Below, in pieces: positions 21,834-30,300 of a stretch of DNA of 64,000 bases. The stretch lies in contig CAVXKA010000001.1 in NCBI GenBank assembly GCA_963762255.1, positions 352,001 through 416,000 of the forward strand, read 5' to 3'. The position numbers and the translations under genes were made by a program. The notes beneath the pieces are model-generated. The model saw only the letters and a program-made list of their open reading frames with translations, was not told the DNA's origin and ran no database searches. Origin of the DNA: Candidatus Eiseniibacteriota bacterium. GTDB lineage: Bacteria; Eisenbacteria; RBG-16-71-46; JABDJR01. Numbering within the stretch: position 1 is the stretch's first letter; each line of letters starts with the position of its first letter.

Positions 21834-22579
21834 GTGCGCCCTCGGGCGGCGCCGGCGGCCCTTCAGAAGCCTCGGCCTCCGCGATGATCTCGCTGCGCGG
21901 CATCTCTCGCACCTATGACGTCGGCGGACGACCGGTGCGCGCGCTGCGCGACTTCGACCTGGACATCGCCACCGGCGAGTACGTCTCGATCATGGGGCCG
22001 TCGGGCTCCGGAAAGTCCACGCTCCTCAACATCGTGGGCTGCCTCGACCGGCCCAACTCCGGTTCGTACAAGCTCGACGGCGAGGAGACCGCCGATCTCT
22101 CCGAGACTGAACTCTCGCGCGTGCGCCGCCACAAGATCGGGTTCGTCTTCCAGTTCTTCCACCTCGTGCCGCGGTTGACCGCGGCCGAGAACGTGGAGCT
22201 GCCGATGGTCTTCGCGGGGACCGACGCGCGCGAACGTCGCGAACGCGCGGCGCGCGCGCTCGCCTCGGTGGGGTTGGCCGACCGCGTGCATCACCGGCCG
22301 GACCAGCTCTCGGGGGGCGAGCGCCAACGAGTCGCCGTCGCACGCGCGATGGTCATGGACCCGGCGATCCTCCTGGCCGACGAGCCCACCGGAAACCTCG
22401 ACAGCGCGTCCGGCGCGGAGATCGTGGAGCTGATCGAGACCATGAACGCGCACGGGTTGACGCTCTTGGTCGTCACCCACGATCCGGCGATCGGCGGGCG
22501 GGCGCGGCGGCGGATCCGGCTCGCGGACGGGGTGAAGGCGGCGGACGAGGGGCATGCGCCGGCCGTCGGCCAGACCTGA
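21830..22579 (+). CDS. ABC transporter ATP-binding protein (MacB/LolD-type)
   Basis: GPSGSGKST, IGFVFQ, LSGGERQRVA, LADEPTGNLD, VTHD. Confidence 0.95.
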   Translation: MSAPSGGAGGPSEASASAMISLRGISRTYDVGGRPVRALRDFDLDIATGEYVSIMGPSGSGKSTLLNIVGCLDRPNSGSYKLDGEETADLSETELSRVRRHKIGFVFQFFHLVPRLTAAENVELPMVFAGTDARERRERAARALASVGLADRVHHRPDQLSGGERQRVAVARAMVMDPAILLADEPTGNLDSASGAEIVELIETMNAHGLTLLVVTHDPAIGGRARRRIRLADGVKAADEGHAPAVGQT

Positions 22580-22613
22580 ACGCATTGTGCCCTAAAGAGT
22601 TGTGGCTGTCTTC

Positions 22614-22642
22614 GCTAATTGTCAATTGAATTGACAATTAGC
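22614..22642. repeat. Perfect 14-bp inverted repeat with 1-nt spacer (candidate operator)
   Basis: GCTAATTGTCAATT-G-AATTGACAATTAGC, AT-rich in a high-GC background. Confidence 0.9.
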
Positions 22643-22659
22643 CATAGAGTCTCTATCCT
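22631..22659 (+). promoter_or_regulatory. Sigma70 promoter, probably giving a leaderless mRNA for the 22666 ATPase
   Basis: TTGACA (22631-36), 17 bp, TATCCT (22654-59), then 6 nt to ATG; no Shine-Dalgarno. Confidence 0.75.
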
Positions 22660-22665
22660 GGCCCC

Positions 22666-23856
22666 ATGTTCATCCCTCGGGCGGCCGGCGACAGACTCCT
22701 CCAGTTGGCTCGGGAGTACCCGGTTCTGGCTGTGACGGGCCCCCGCCAATCGGGCAAGACGACCTTGGTGAGACGGCTCTTCGAGCAACTCCCCTACGTC
22801 TCCCTCGAAGAGCCGGATGTGCGCCGTCTCGCCACCGAAGATCCACGCAGGTTCCTCGCTTCGTACCTCGACGGTGCCGTGCTGGACGAAGTGCAGCGCG
22901 CTCCGGAGATCCTCTCGTACCTGCAGACTCTGGTTGACCGGGATCCCCGGCCCGGCCGCTTCGTGCTCACAGGATCGCAGCAGTTCGGACTGCTGGACCG
23001 CATCACGCAGACTCTCGCGGGGCGGATCGCGCTCGTGCCGCTGCTTCCCTTCTCATACACCGAGCTTGCCGCCGCGGGCCGAGCGCCCGACCGGCTCGAG
23101 AATCTGCTGTTCCAGGGGCTCTATCCACCGATCCACGATCGCGGACTGGACCCTGGCACGTGGTACGGCAACTACGTGACAACATACGTGGAACGAGACG
23201 TTCGCCAGATGGTCAACGTACGCGAGTTGAGCGGATTCGATCGGTTCGTTCGCATGTGCGCGGCGCGCTGCGGACAGATCCTGAACCTCTCGGGGCTTGC
23301 CGCCGACTGCGGCATCACGCACAACACGGCCCGGGCATGGCTGTCCGTGCTGGAGGCCAGCTATCTGGTGCACCTTCTTCCGGCGCATCACCGCAATTTC
23401 TCCAAGCGCTTGATGAAATCCCCTAAGCTCTACTTTTTGGACACAGGTCTTGCAGCCTGGCTTCTCGGGATTCAGAGCCCCGATGCGCTGCTCACCCACG
23501 CAATGCGCGGCGCGCTCTTCGAGTCCTGGGTCGTCTCGGAACTCCTCAAGGGTCGTCACCTCAAGGCTCCCGGCTCGAATCTCTACTTCTGGCGCGACCG
23601 CTCTGGCTTGGAGGTCGACGTACTGGTCGATCAAGGCGAGATGCTGGTGCCCGTCGAGGCCAAGTCGGGACAGACCGTGGCTTCCGATTTCACGACCGGC
23701 ATCCGACGTTGGAGCGCGCTGGCCGGAGCCGCCGCCGCGCGCGGGTGGGTGGTCTACGGGGGCGACGCGGCCGTCCCGCGGGACGAAGCCGAAGTGCTAC
23801 CCTGGAAGCAGATCGCACGATTGGTGAGCGAACTCAACCCGACACCTCAACTCTGA
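22666..23856 (+). CDS. AAA_14/DUF4143-like ATPase with C-terminal PD-(D/E)xK nuclease-like motif
   Basis: GPRQSGKTT, VLDEVQ, FVLTGS, TYVERDV, KSPKLYFLDTGL, GALFE, EVDVLV...PVEAKS. Confidence 0.9.
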   Translation: MFIPRAAGDRLLQLAREYPVLAVTGPRQSGKTTLVRRLFEQLPYVSLEEPDVRRLATEDPRRFLASYLDGAVLDEVQRAPEILSYLQTLVDRDPRPGRFVLTGSQQFGLLDRITQTLAGRIALVPLLPFSYTELAAAGRAPDRLENLLFQGLYPPIHDRGLDPGTWYGNYVTTYVERDVRQMVNVRELSGFDRFVRMCAARCGQILNLSGLAADCGITHNTARAWLSVLEASYLVHLLPAHHRNFSKRLMKSPKLYFLDTGLAAWLLGIQSPDALLTHAMRGALFESWVVSELLKGRHLKAPGSNLYFWRDRSGLEVDVLVDQGEMLVPVEAKSGQTVASDFTTGIRRWSALAGAAAARGWVVYGGDAAVPRDEAEVLPWKQIARLVSELNPTPQL

Positions 23857-23860
23857 ACCT

Positions 23861-25066
23861 ATGCGCTTCGCTGATCTCCTTCGCTTCTCCGCCGGCGGCC
23901 TGCGCGGGCATCGTCTGCGCACCGGGCTCTCCCTGCTCGGCGTGTCGATCGGCGTGGCGTCGGTCATCATGCTCACCAGCCTCGGCGAGGGCGCCCGCCT
24001 CTACGTGACCGGCGAGTTCGCCTCGATGGGGAGCAACCTGCTCATCCTTCTCCCCGGCAAGACGGAGACGTTCGGCGGCGCACCGATGATCAGCACCGCT
24101 CCCCACGACCTCACCGTGGACGACGTGGAGGCGGTGGTGCGTCGGGTTCCGCAGATCCGCCGCGCCGCGCCGCTGGCCCTCGGAACGGCCAAGGCTTCGT
24201 ACGGCGACAAGAGTCGCGACGTCACCGTGGCCGGCACCACGTACGACATGCTCGTCATCCGCAGCCTCTCGCTGTCGATCGGCCGGTTCCTCCCCGAGGG
24301 CGTGCGCGACGCACCGGTGGCGGTGATCGGCGCCAAGGTGCAGCGCGAGCTGTTCGGCAACGAGAGCCCGCTCGGCGAGACCATCCGCATCGGCGAATGG
24401 CGGTTCCGGGTGATCGGGGTCATCGCCGCGCGCGGCACGTCGGTCGGGATGAACATGGACGAGATCATCGACATCCCGGTGGACACCGCGCTTCGCGTGT
24501 TCAACCGCACGAGCCTCTTTCGCGTGCTCTGCGAGGTGACCTCGCACGAACAGATGGACGCGGCCCGCGACGGCGCGATCGCGGTGCTCAAGGAACGCCA
24601 CGACCAGGAGGAGGACGTGACCGCGCTCACCCAGGATGCGCTCCTCGCCACCTTCACCCAGATCCTGCGCGTGCTGACGCTGGCTCTGGCCGGCATCGCC
24701 GCGATCTCCCTGAGCGTGGCCGGTATCGGCATCATGAACGTGATGCTGGTGTCGGTGGCGGAACGCACACGCGAGGTGGGGCTGTTGAAGGCCGTCGGGG
24801 TCACGCGCGGCCAGGTGGTCGCGGTGTTCCTCATCGAGGCCACCATCATCTCGACCGCGGGCGGCCTGGTGGGGCTCGCCGCCGGCCTCGGCGGCGGGAA
24901 ACTGCTCATGCACTTCTACCCGGACTTCCCGGTGCAGCCCCCGGTGTGGGCGGTGGTCGCTGCGCTCGTCATCTCGATCTCGGTGGGGCTTCTCTTCGGC
25001 AGCCTCCCTGCAAGGCGCGCTGCGGCGTTGGATCCGGTGGAAGCGCTCATGCGGAGGCGGGCATGA
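23861..25066 (+). CDS. ABC transporter permease (MacB/FtsX family)
   Basis: LSLLGVSIGVASV, GIGIMNVMLVSVAERTREVGLLKAVG, PARRAAALDPVEAL. Confidence 0.92.
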   Translation: MRFADLLRFSAGGLRGHRLRTGLSLLGVSIGVASVIMLTSLGEGARLYVTGEFASMGSNLLILLPGKTETFGGAPMISTAPHDLTVDDVEAVVRRVPQIRRAAPLALGTAKASYGDKSRDVTVAGTTYDMLVIRSLSLSIGRFLPEGVRDAPVAVIGAKVQRELFGNESPLGETIRIGEWRFRVIGVIAARGTSVGMNMDEIIDIPVDTALRVFNRTSLFRVLCEVTSHEQMDAARDGAIAVLKERHDQEEDVTALTQDALLATFTQILRVLTLALAGIAAISLSVAGIGIMNVMLVSVAERTREVGLLKAVGVTRGQVVAVFLIEATIISTAGGLVGLAAGLGGGKLLMHFYPDFPVQPPVWAVVAALVISISVGLLFGSLPARRAAALDPVEALMRRRA

Positions 25067-26265
25067 GCTTCGAGGACGTCTTCACCCAGGCGTGGCGCGC
25101 GGTGCGCGGGCATCGGCAGCGCTCCGCGCTGACGATGCTCGGCATCACGATCGGCATCGCCTCGGTGATCCTCCTCACCTCGATCGGCGAGGGGACGCGC
25201 GTTTACATCCTGAACCAATTTACGCAGTTCGGAACGAATCTGGTGTCGGTCAATCCCGGCCACACGGAGACTTCGGGGTCGCCGCATGGACTGGCCGGCA
25301 CCGTGAACCCGCTGACGCTCGCCGACTGCGATGCGCTGACGAGGCTGCGCGGCGTGGAGAAGGTGATCCCGGTCGCGATGGGCGCGGCGCCGGTCGAGCG
25401 CGAAGAGAAGACCCGCAACGTGTTCGTCTACGGTGTCACTTCCGACGCCGCCGAGGTCTGGAAGATGGGCGTGCGGGTGGGCCGCTTCCTGCCACCGGGA
25501 GATCCTGACTACGGATCGCCGGTGGCCGTGCTCGGCCCCACGCTCAAACGCGAACTCTTCGGCGAGCGCAATTCGCTCGGCGAGCACGTCCGCATCGCCG
25601 GGCAGCGCTTCCTGGTCATCGGGGTCATGGACGCGAAAGGGCAGTTCCTCGGCATCGACATCGACGATGCGGCCTACATTCCGGTGTCGCTGGCCATGCC
25701 GATGTTCAACCGGCAGGACCTGCAAGAGATCGATGTTCTGGTGAACAACGCGTCGGTCACCGACTCCGTCGTCGTCGCCATGCGGCGCACGCTCATGGAC
25801 CGACACAACGGCGACGAGGACTTCACGATCACCACCCAGAACGAGATGCTCGACACGCTGGGACGCATCATCGGGATCATCAGCCTGGCGGTGGGCGGAA
25901 TCGGCGGGATCTCGCTCCTCGTCGGCGCGATCGGCATTCTCACCATGATGTGGATCTCGGTGAGCGAGCGCACCGCGGAGATCGGGCTGATCAAGGCGAT
26001 TGGAGCCACTCCGCAGCAGATCCTCTGGCTCTATCTGAGCGAGGCCGCGCTGCTCTCGACCGGAGGCGGCGTGCTGGGGCTCGTGAGCGGCATGGGCCTC
26101 GCGCAACTGCTCCATCTCTTGGTGCCGGCGCTACCGGTGCGCACGCCCCCCGAGTACGTCGCGCTGGCAATGGGGGTGAGCCTCACGGTGGGGCTCGTGA
26201 GCGGCATCCTTCCCGCGCGGCGCGCCGCGGCACTGGACCCCATCGAGGCGTTGGCGGCAGAGTAG
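25063..26265 (+). CDS. ABC transporter permease (MacB/FtsX family), second copy
   Basis: LTMLGITIGIASV, SVSERTAEIGLIKAIGA, PARRAAALDPIEAL; ATGA overlap. Confidence 0.92.
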   Translation: MSFEDVFTQAWRAVRGHRQRSALTMLGITIGIASVILLTSIGEGTRVYILNQFTQFGTNLVSVNPGHTETSGSPHGLAGTVNPLTLADCDALTRLRGVEKVIPVAMGAAPVEREEKTRNVFVYGVTSDAAEVWKMGVRVGRFLPPGDPDYGSPVAVLGPTLKRELFGERNSLGEHVRIAGQRFLVIGVMDAKGQFLGIDIDDAAYIPVSLAMPMFNRQDLQEIDVLVNNASVTDSVVVAMRRTLMDRHNGDEDFTITTQNEMLDTLGRIIGIISLAVGGIGGISLLVGAIGILTMMWISVSERTAEIGLIKAIGATPQQILWLYLSEAALLSTGGGVLGLVSGMGLAQLLHLLVPALPVRTPPEYVALAMGVSLTVGLVSGILPARRAAALDPIEALAAE

Positions 26266-26294
26266 GGGCGAGGTCCAAGCGTGGCGCTTCGCAT

Positions 26295-26361
26295 GTCGCG
26301 GGTCGTCCTCGCCGAAGGGACCCCCGCTTCGCGGCCCTTCGGACTGCGGTCGACCCGCGAC
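26295..26361. repeat. Long nested imperfect hairpin between convergent genes
   Basis: GTCGCGGGTCG/CGACCCGCGAC outer stem, CCGAAGGG/CCCTTCGG middle stem, CCGC-TTC-GCGG tip. Confidence 0.7.
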
Positions 26362-26387
26362 CCGCTACGCGCCGCGCACACGCACCC

Positions 26388-26409
26388 CGAGTCCAGCCGG
26401 CTGGACTCG
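26388..26409. repeat. Perfect 22-bp palindrome
   Basis: CGAGTCCAGCCGGCTGGACTCG equals its own reverse complement. Confidence 0.8.
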
Positions 26410-26432
26410 CCACGCGAAGCCCGCGAGGGCGG

Positions 26433-27137
26433 TCAGTAGCGCTGCTTGATCCGGCTCCAAGTCGTCGGCACTACGGGCACGTCGGCAAGGCAGGGGTTGA
26501 AACCCGGCGACGCGCCGAATCCGACTCGCGCCGCCGGCGCAAGCTGCGGATGCTCGACGCCGACGCAATCGATCACCACCATCTCGGAGTCCGGCGTGTC
26601 CGGGTTGCCGGTGACTTCGAAAACACCGCCACCGTAGGCATACACGTAGAAGACCGCGGCCAACGTATGTACGCCCTCCGCGCCGACCGTCGCGCGCTGG
26701 CAGTTCGCGACGGGATCCCAGGTGATGCGGTTTCCGGTGCCTGCCGCAGGCCAGCCACCGGTCACCTCCGCGTCGGCGCAGATCCAGTAACCGAACACGT
26801 CCACGCCGACGAATTCGGCGGCCTCGTAGTCGATGCCGCAGGAGAGTCCGGCAACACCGGCCGTGACGTCCGGGCTCACCGCCATGAGATAGATCGCCCG
26901 CTCGACGACCCCGACCCCTCCCTGCACGTTGTACTCGGAGCACGGGATCTCCATGACCGCGGAGATTACGGAGTTACTGCAAAGATCCACGGCTTCGCGT
27001 AGTACGCCGGACTTCGGACTGTACCTCTGCCCTTCGTGCAGCGCGATGACCGGTGCGAGGGCGGCTTCGCCGGCGAAGGCCGGGGCCGCGACTGTGGAGA
27101 GAGCCGCAAGGAGAAAAAGAACGCCCATCGGTCGCAT
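26433..27137 (-). CDS. Secreted Cys-rich hypothetical protein with C-terminal PTTWSRIKQRY tail
   Basis: AGGAG RBS; signal peptide ending AFA; homologous to the N-domain of the 10042 and 12471 proteins. Confidence 0.8.
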   Translation of the reverse strand: MRPMGVLFLLAALSTVAAPAFAGEAALAPVIALHEGQRYSPKSGVLREAVDLCSNSVISAVMEIPCSEYNVQGGVGVVERAIYLMAVSPDVTAGVAGLSCGIDYEAAEFVGVDVFGYWICADAEVTGGWPAAGTGNRITWDPVANCQRATVGAEGVHTLAAVFYVYAYGGGVFEVTGNPDTPDSEMVVIDCVGVEHPQLAPAARVGFGASPGFNPCLADVPVVPTTWSRIKQRY

Positions 27138-27186
27138 GGTTTGAACTCCTGGGCACGGGGGGTAGCGGGAGTGTACACCCGGGTGA

Positions 27187-27981
27187 TCACTTTCCCCGCG
27201 TGACCGCCAGCACTTCGTCGAGCACGAGCCCATTGGTGGCGATCCCTTCCCCGCCGTCGATCCGGGCCGCACCGCTCCAATCGGTGAACGTGCCCCCCGC
27301 CTCTTCGAGAATCGGCAACATCGCCGCTGCGTCCCACACCGCCATGCGGGGATCGATCATCACCTCGGCGCGGCCCGTCGCCACCAGCGCGTATCCATAG
27401 CAATCGCCCCAGGACCGCGTGAGCCGCGCCCGCGCCTGCAATGCGTCGTAGACCGCGCGCCGGCCCAGCCGTTCGTACGTGGCGGTCGATGTCGTGGTGA
27501 AGAGTCCGTCGGCGAGCCGCGCGCACGATGACACCCGCGCGGGACGCTCCGCCGCTCCCGGCCTGGACCACCACGCACCACCGCCGCGCATGGCGTACAC
27601 GGTCTCTTCGAGGGCGGGCAGGTGGATCACGCCGACTAGCGGGCGGCCATCGAGTTCCACGCCGATCAACGTGCCGTAGAGCGGCACGCCGTGGATGAAT
27701 GACTTGGTGCCGTCGATGGGATCGAGGATCCACCGCCAACCGCTCGTGCCCGCGGCCTCCCCCATCTCCTCGCCCAGCATCCCGTCGTGAGGGAACGCGG
27801 CGGCGATGCGACGGCGCAGGTGCGTTTCCGCCTCGCGGTCGGCAATGGTGACCGGCGAGTCGTCCCCCTTGCGCTCCACCACCAGGTCTGCGCGGCAGAA
27901 GTGCGCAAGTGTGAGCCGCCCCGCCTCGGTCGCGATTTCCAGCGCCAGGGACAGCCGGTGCTTCAGGTCCATCGAATCCAT
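27187..27981 (-). CDS. hisN: Histidinol-phosphatase, inositol monophosphatase family
   Basis: KGDDSPVTIADREAE, LGEE, WILDPIDGTKSFIHGVPLYGTLIG, WGDCYGY, WDAAA. Confidence 0.8.
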   Translation of the reverse strand: MDSMDLKHRLSLALEIATEAGRLTLAHFCRADLVVERKGDDSPVTIADREAETHLRRRIAAAFPHDGMLGEEMGEAAGTSGWRWILDPIDGTKSFIHGVPLYGTLIGVELDGRPLVGVIHLPALEETVYAMRGGGAWWSRPGAAERPARVSSCARLADGLFTTTSTATYERLGRRAVYDALQARARLTRSWGDCYGYALVATGRAEVMIDPRMAVWDAAAMLPILEEAGGTFTDWSGAARIDGGEGIATNGLVLDEVLAVTRGK

Positions 27982-28008
27982 GACCGTCTCCTCAGGCGCG
28001 TGGCGCGG

Positions 28009-28815
28009 CTATTGAACCGCTTTCCACAGGAACCCCGCCTTCTCCATCCGTGCTTCGATCCGCCCCACGTGCCGTGCGTACGCGCGGCTCGTGCTCCCCG
28101 GATGCCAGCGCGACGGGCGCGACAAACCCGCCGCGAGCTGCGCCGCCTCGTTCTCCCCCAGATCGCGCGCGCTCTTGCCGAAGTAGTGCCGTGCGGCGGC
28201 CTCGGCGCCATACACGCCCGGACCGAACTCCACCACGTTGAGATAGAGCTCCAGGATGCGCCTCTTGCTCAGGTCCTTCTCCAGCTCGCGCGTCAGCAAC
28301 AGCTCCTTCGCCTTGCGCAGCGGATTGCGCGACGGGGAGAGCCAGAGGTTCTTGGCCAGTTGCTGCGTGATGGTGGACGCGCCCCGAGGCGCCTCGCGAT
28401 CCTCCCACGCCTCCTCGATCGCCTTGCGGATCTCCTCGGCGTCGAAGCCGTGATGCGAGAAGAAATTGATGTCCTCGGCCACGATCACCGCGCGCTTCAG
28501 GTGCGGCGAGATGGCGCCGTACGACGCCCACCGCCACCCGACGTTCGCACCCGGGTTCCGGTGCTTGTAGCTCTCGATGAAGCTGGTGGTCTTCGGATTC
28601 TCGCGCGCGAGCTTGCCGACCCGAGGCCAGGTGATCGCCTCGTAGCCGGCGAAGAGCACGGCCAGCGCGAGCGGCGCAAGGAGCGCGATCAGGCAGCCGC
28701 GGCCCAGGCGGCGCTTTCGCGCCGCCCGGGCCGCACCTTCAGGCAGCGGCTCGATGTCGGGCGGCGGCGAGTCCGCAGGCGGCGACTCCGCGGGCGGTGT
28801 CGGCTCCCCGGTCAC
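28009..28815 (-). CDS. mtgA: Monofunctional peptidoglycan transglycosylase (GT51)
   Basis: AEDINFFSHHGFD, RGASTITQQLAKNL, RKAKE, ILELYLNVVEFG. Confidence 0.92.
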   Translation of the reverse strand: MTGEPTPPAESPPADSPPPDIEPLPEGAARAARKRRLGRGCLIALLAPLALAVLFAGYEAITWPRVGKLARENPKTTSFIESYKHRNPGANVGWRWASYGAISPHLKRAVIVAEDINFFSHHGFDAEEIRKAIEEAWEDREAPRGASTITQQLAKNLWLSPSRNPLRKAKELLLTRELEKDLSKRRILELYLNVVEFGPGVYGAEAAARHYFGKSARDLGENEAAQLAAGLSRPSRWHPGSTSRAYARHVGRIEARMEKAGFLWKAVQ

Positions 28816-28824
28816 GCTGGTGCC

Positions 28825-30087
28825 CTAATCCCGCACCAGCGGATGCGTGAGGCAGTGCGGCCCGCCGCGCGCGCGCGACATCTCGTGGCTCGGCAACATC
28901 ACGCACACACGCGCGTCGTCGTCGAGGTCCACCTCGGCGCGCCCCAGCAACAGGTCCTCCGCGTCCACCACGCGATAGCCGTGCCGCGACAGCTCTTCCG
29001 CCGTTCCGACGTTGCGGTCGTAGAGCGTGATCACCCCCGGAGCGAGCGCGAACGCATTGGCGCCGTCGGTCCATTGCTCGCGCTGCTGTTGAACCGGGTC
29101 GGCCCCGCCGCAGGGAATGGGCTCGAGGTCGATGCCGCGCGCCTTCAATGCGGACAGCAGATTCGTTCGCGTCTGAGTCTTGAAATCGGGCGAGTAGAGG
29201 TCGATCTCGCACACCGACGCACGCTCCGCCCCGTCGGCGAGGATCACCGGAGGAAAGACCAGCGCCTCGTTATGGTCCACGCGCGTGATCAGCGTATCGA
29301 GGTGCATGTACGCGCGACGATTGGGGATCTCCACCACGATCATCCAGCGCGGCCCGTCCAGTCGGTGCGCCAGGCTCTGCGCGAGAGCGCGCGTCGCGGT
29401 CGCGTTCGTGCGCTCGGAGTGTCCCACCAGGATGACCTCGGGCGAGAGCACGAGCACGTCCCCACCCTCCAGCCGGGGACGATGCTGGTCGAGGTAGAGC
29501 GGGTGCTCGGGCAGCGGCACGAGCGGATCGTGGATGACGGGAGCCCCGGAGAACTCGGGATGAAAACGGAAGATCGCGCGGGAGAGAAGCGCCTCGCGGT
29601 GGCGAGCCGGCGCGGCCATGGCCGCGAACACGACGCCGTCTCCCAGGACGAGTTGCGGGTCGCGCTGGAAACACCAATTGGGCAGCGGCGGCACCGCGAA
29701 GAGATCCGCCACCTCGACCCCCGACCGTCCCGTCTCGGTGCGCACGCCGGCCACGAGCATCTCGGCCAGCTCTTCCTCCGAAACTTCCTCGGCCCTGTCG
29801 TGCAACGCCGGAGCCGTCTCGCGGAGCAGGACCTCGACCACCCAATCGCGCGCTTCCGGGTCGGCGAGGGTCTCGACCAAGAGGTCCTGAGCCTCGACCA
29901 TTTCGATTCCCAGGAGCTGCAAGACGCGGCGGAACATCGCGTGCTCTTCGCGCGCGCGGTCGCCGAAGAGGACGTCGTCGAAGAGAAGCTCGTCCATCAT
30001 GGCCGGGACCATGACGTCGATCTCGCGTCCCGGTTCGTGGACGAGCACCTTGCGCAGGCGGCCGATCTCCGAGGTGACGTGAAGCAT
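28825..30087 (-). CDS. arcA: Arginine deiminase
   Basis: SEIGRLRKVLVHEPG, LLFDD, PNWCFQRD, LEGGD, MHLDT, EQWTDGAN, SRARGGPHCLT. Confidence 0.9.
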   Translation of the reverse strand: MLHVTSEIGRLRKVLVHEPGREIDVMVPAMMDELLFDDVLFGDRAREEHAMFRRVLQLLGIEMVEAQDLLVETLADPEARDWVVEVLLRETAPALHDRAEEVSEEELAEMLVAGVRTETGRSGVEVADLFAVPPLPNWCFQRDPQLVLGDGVVFAAMAAPARHREALLSRAIFRFHPEFSGAPVIHDPLVPLPEHPLYLDQHRPRLEGGDVLVLSPEVILVGHSERTNATATRALAQSLAHRLDGPRWMIVVEIPNRRAYMHLDTLITRVDHNEALVFPPVILADGAERASVCEIDLYSPDFKTQTRTNLLSALKARGIDLEPIPCGGADPVQQQREQWTDGANAFALAPGVITLYDRNVGTAEELSRHGYRVVDAEDLLLGRAEVDLDDDARVCVMLPSHEMSRARGGPHCLTHPLVRD

Positions 30088-30300
30088 GTCCGCGATCCTC
30101 CCCCTCTACGCCCCGGATTACTATCAAATCCGCGAACCCGAGTGTAGGACTGCATTGTGCTTCCCGCCCCCGAAGTCGACGAGAGCCCCCAAGTCATCTC
30201 AAAACAATAAGTTGCGCCGATCAGAAATCCGCATCTCGACGCTTAGCTTCCGGGGCCGCCGCGCCGATAACTGCGGTGACCAAAGCTCTCGCCGAGAAGG

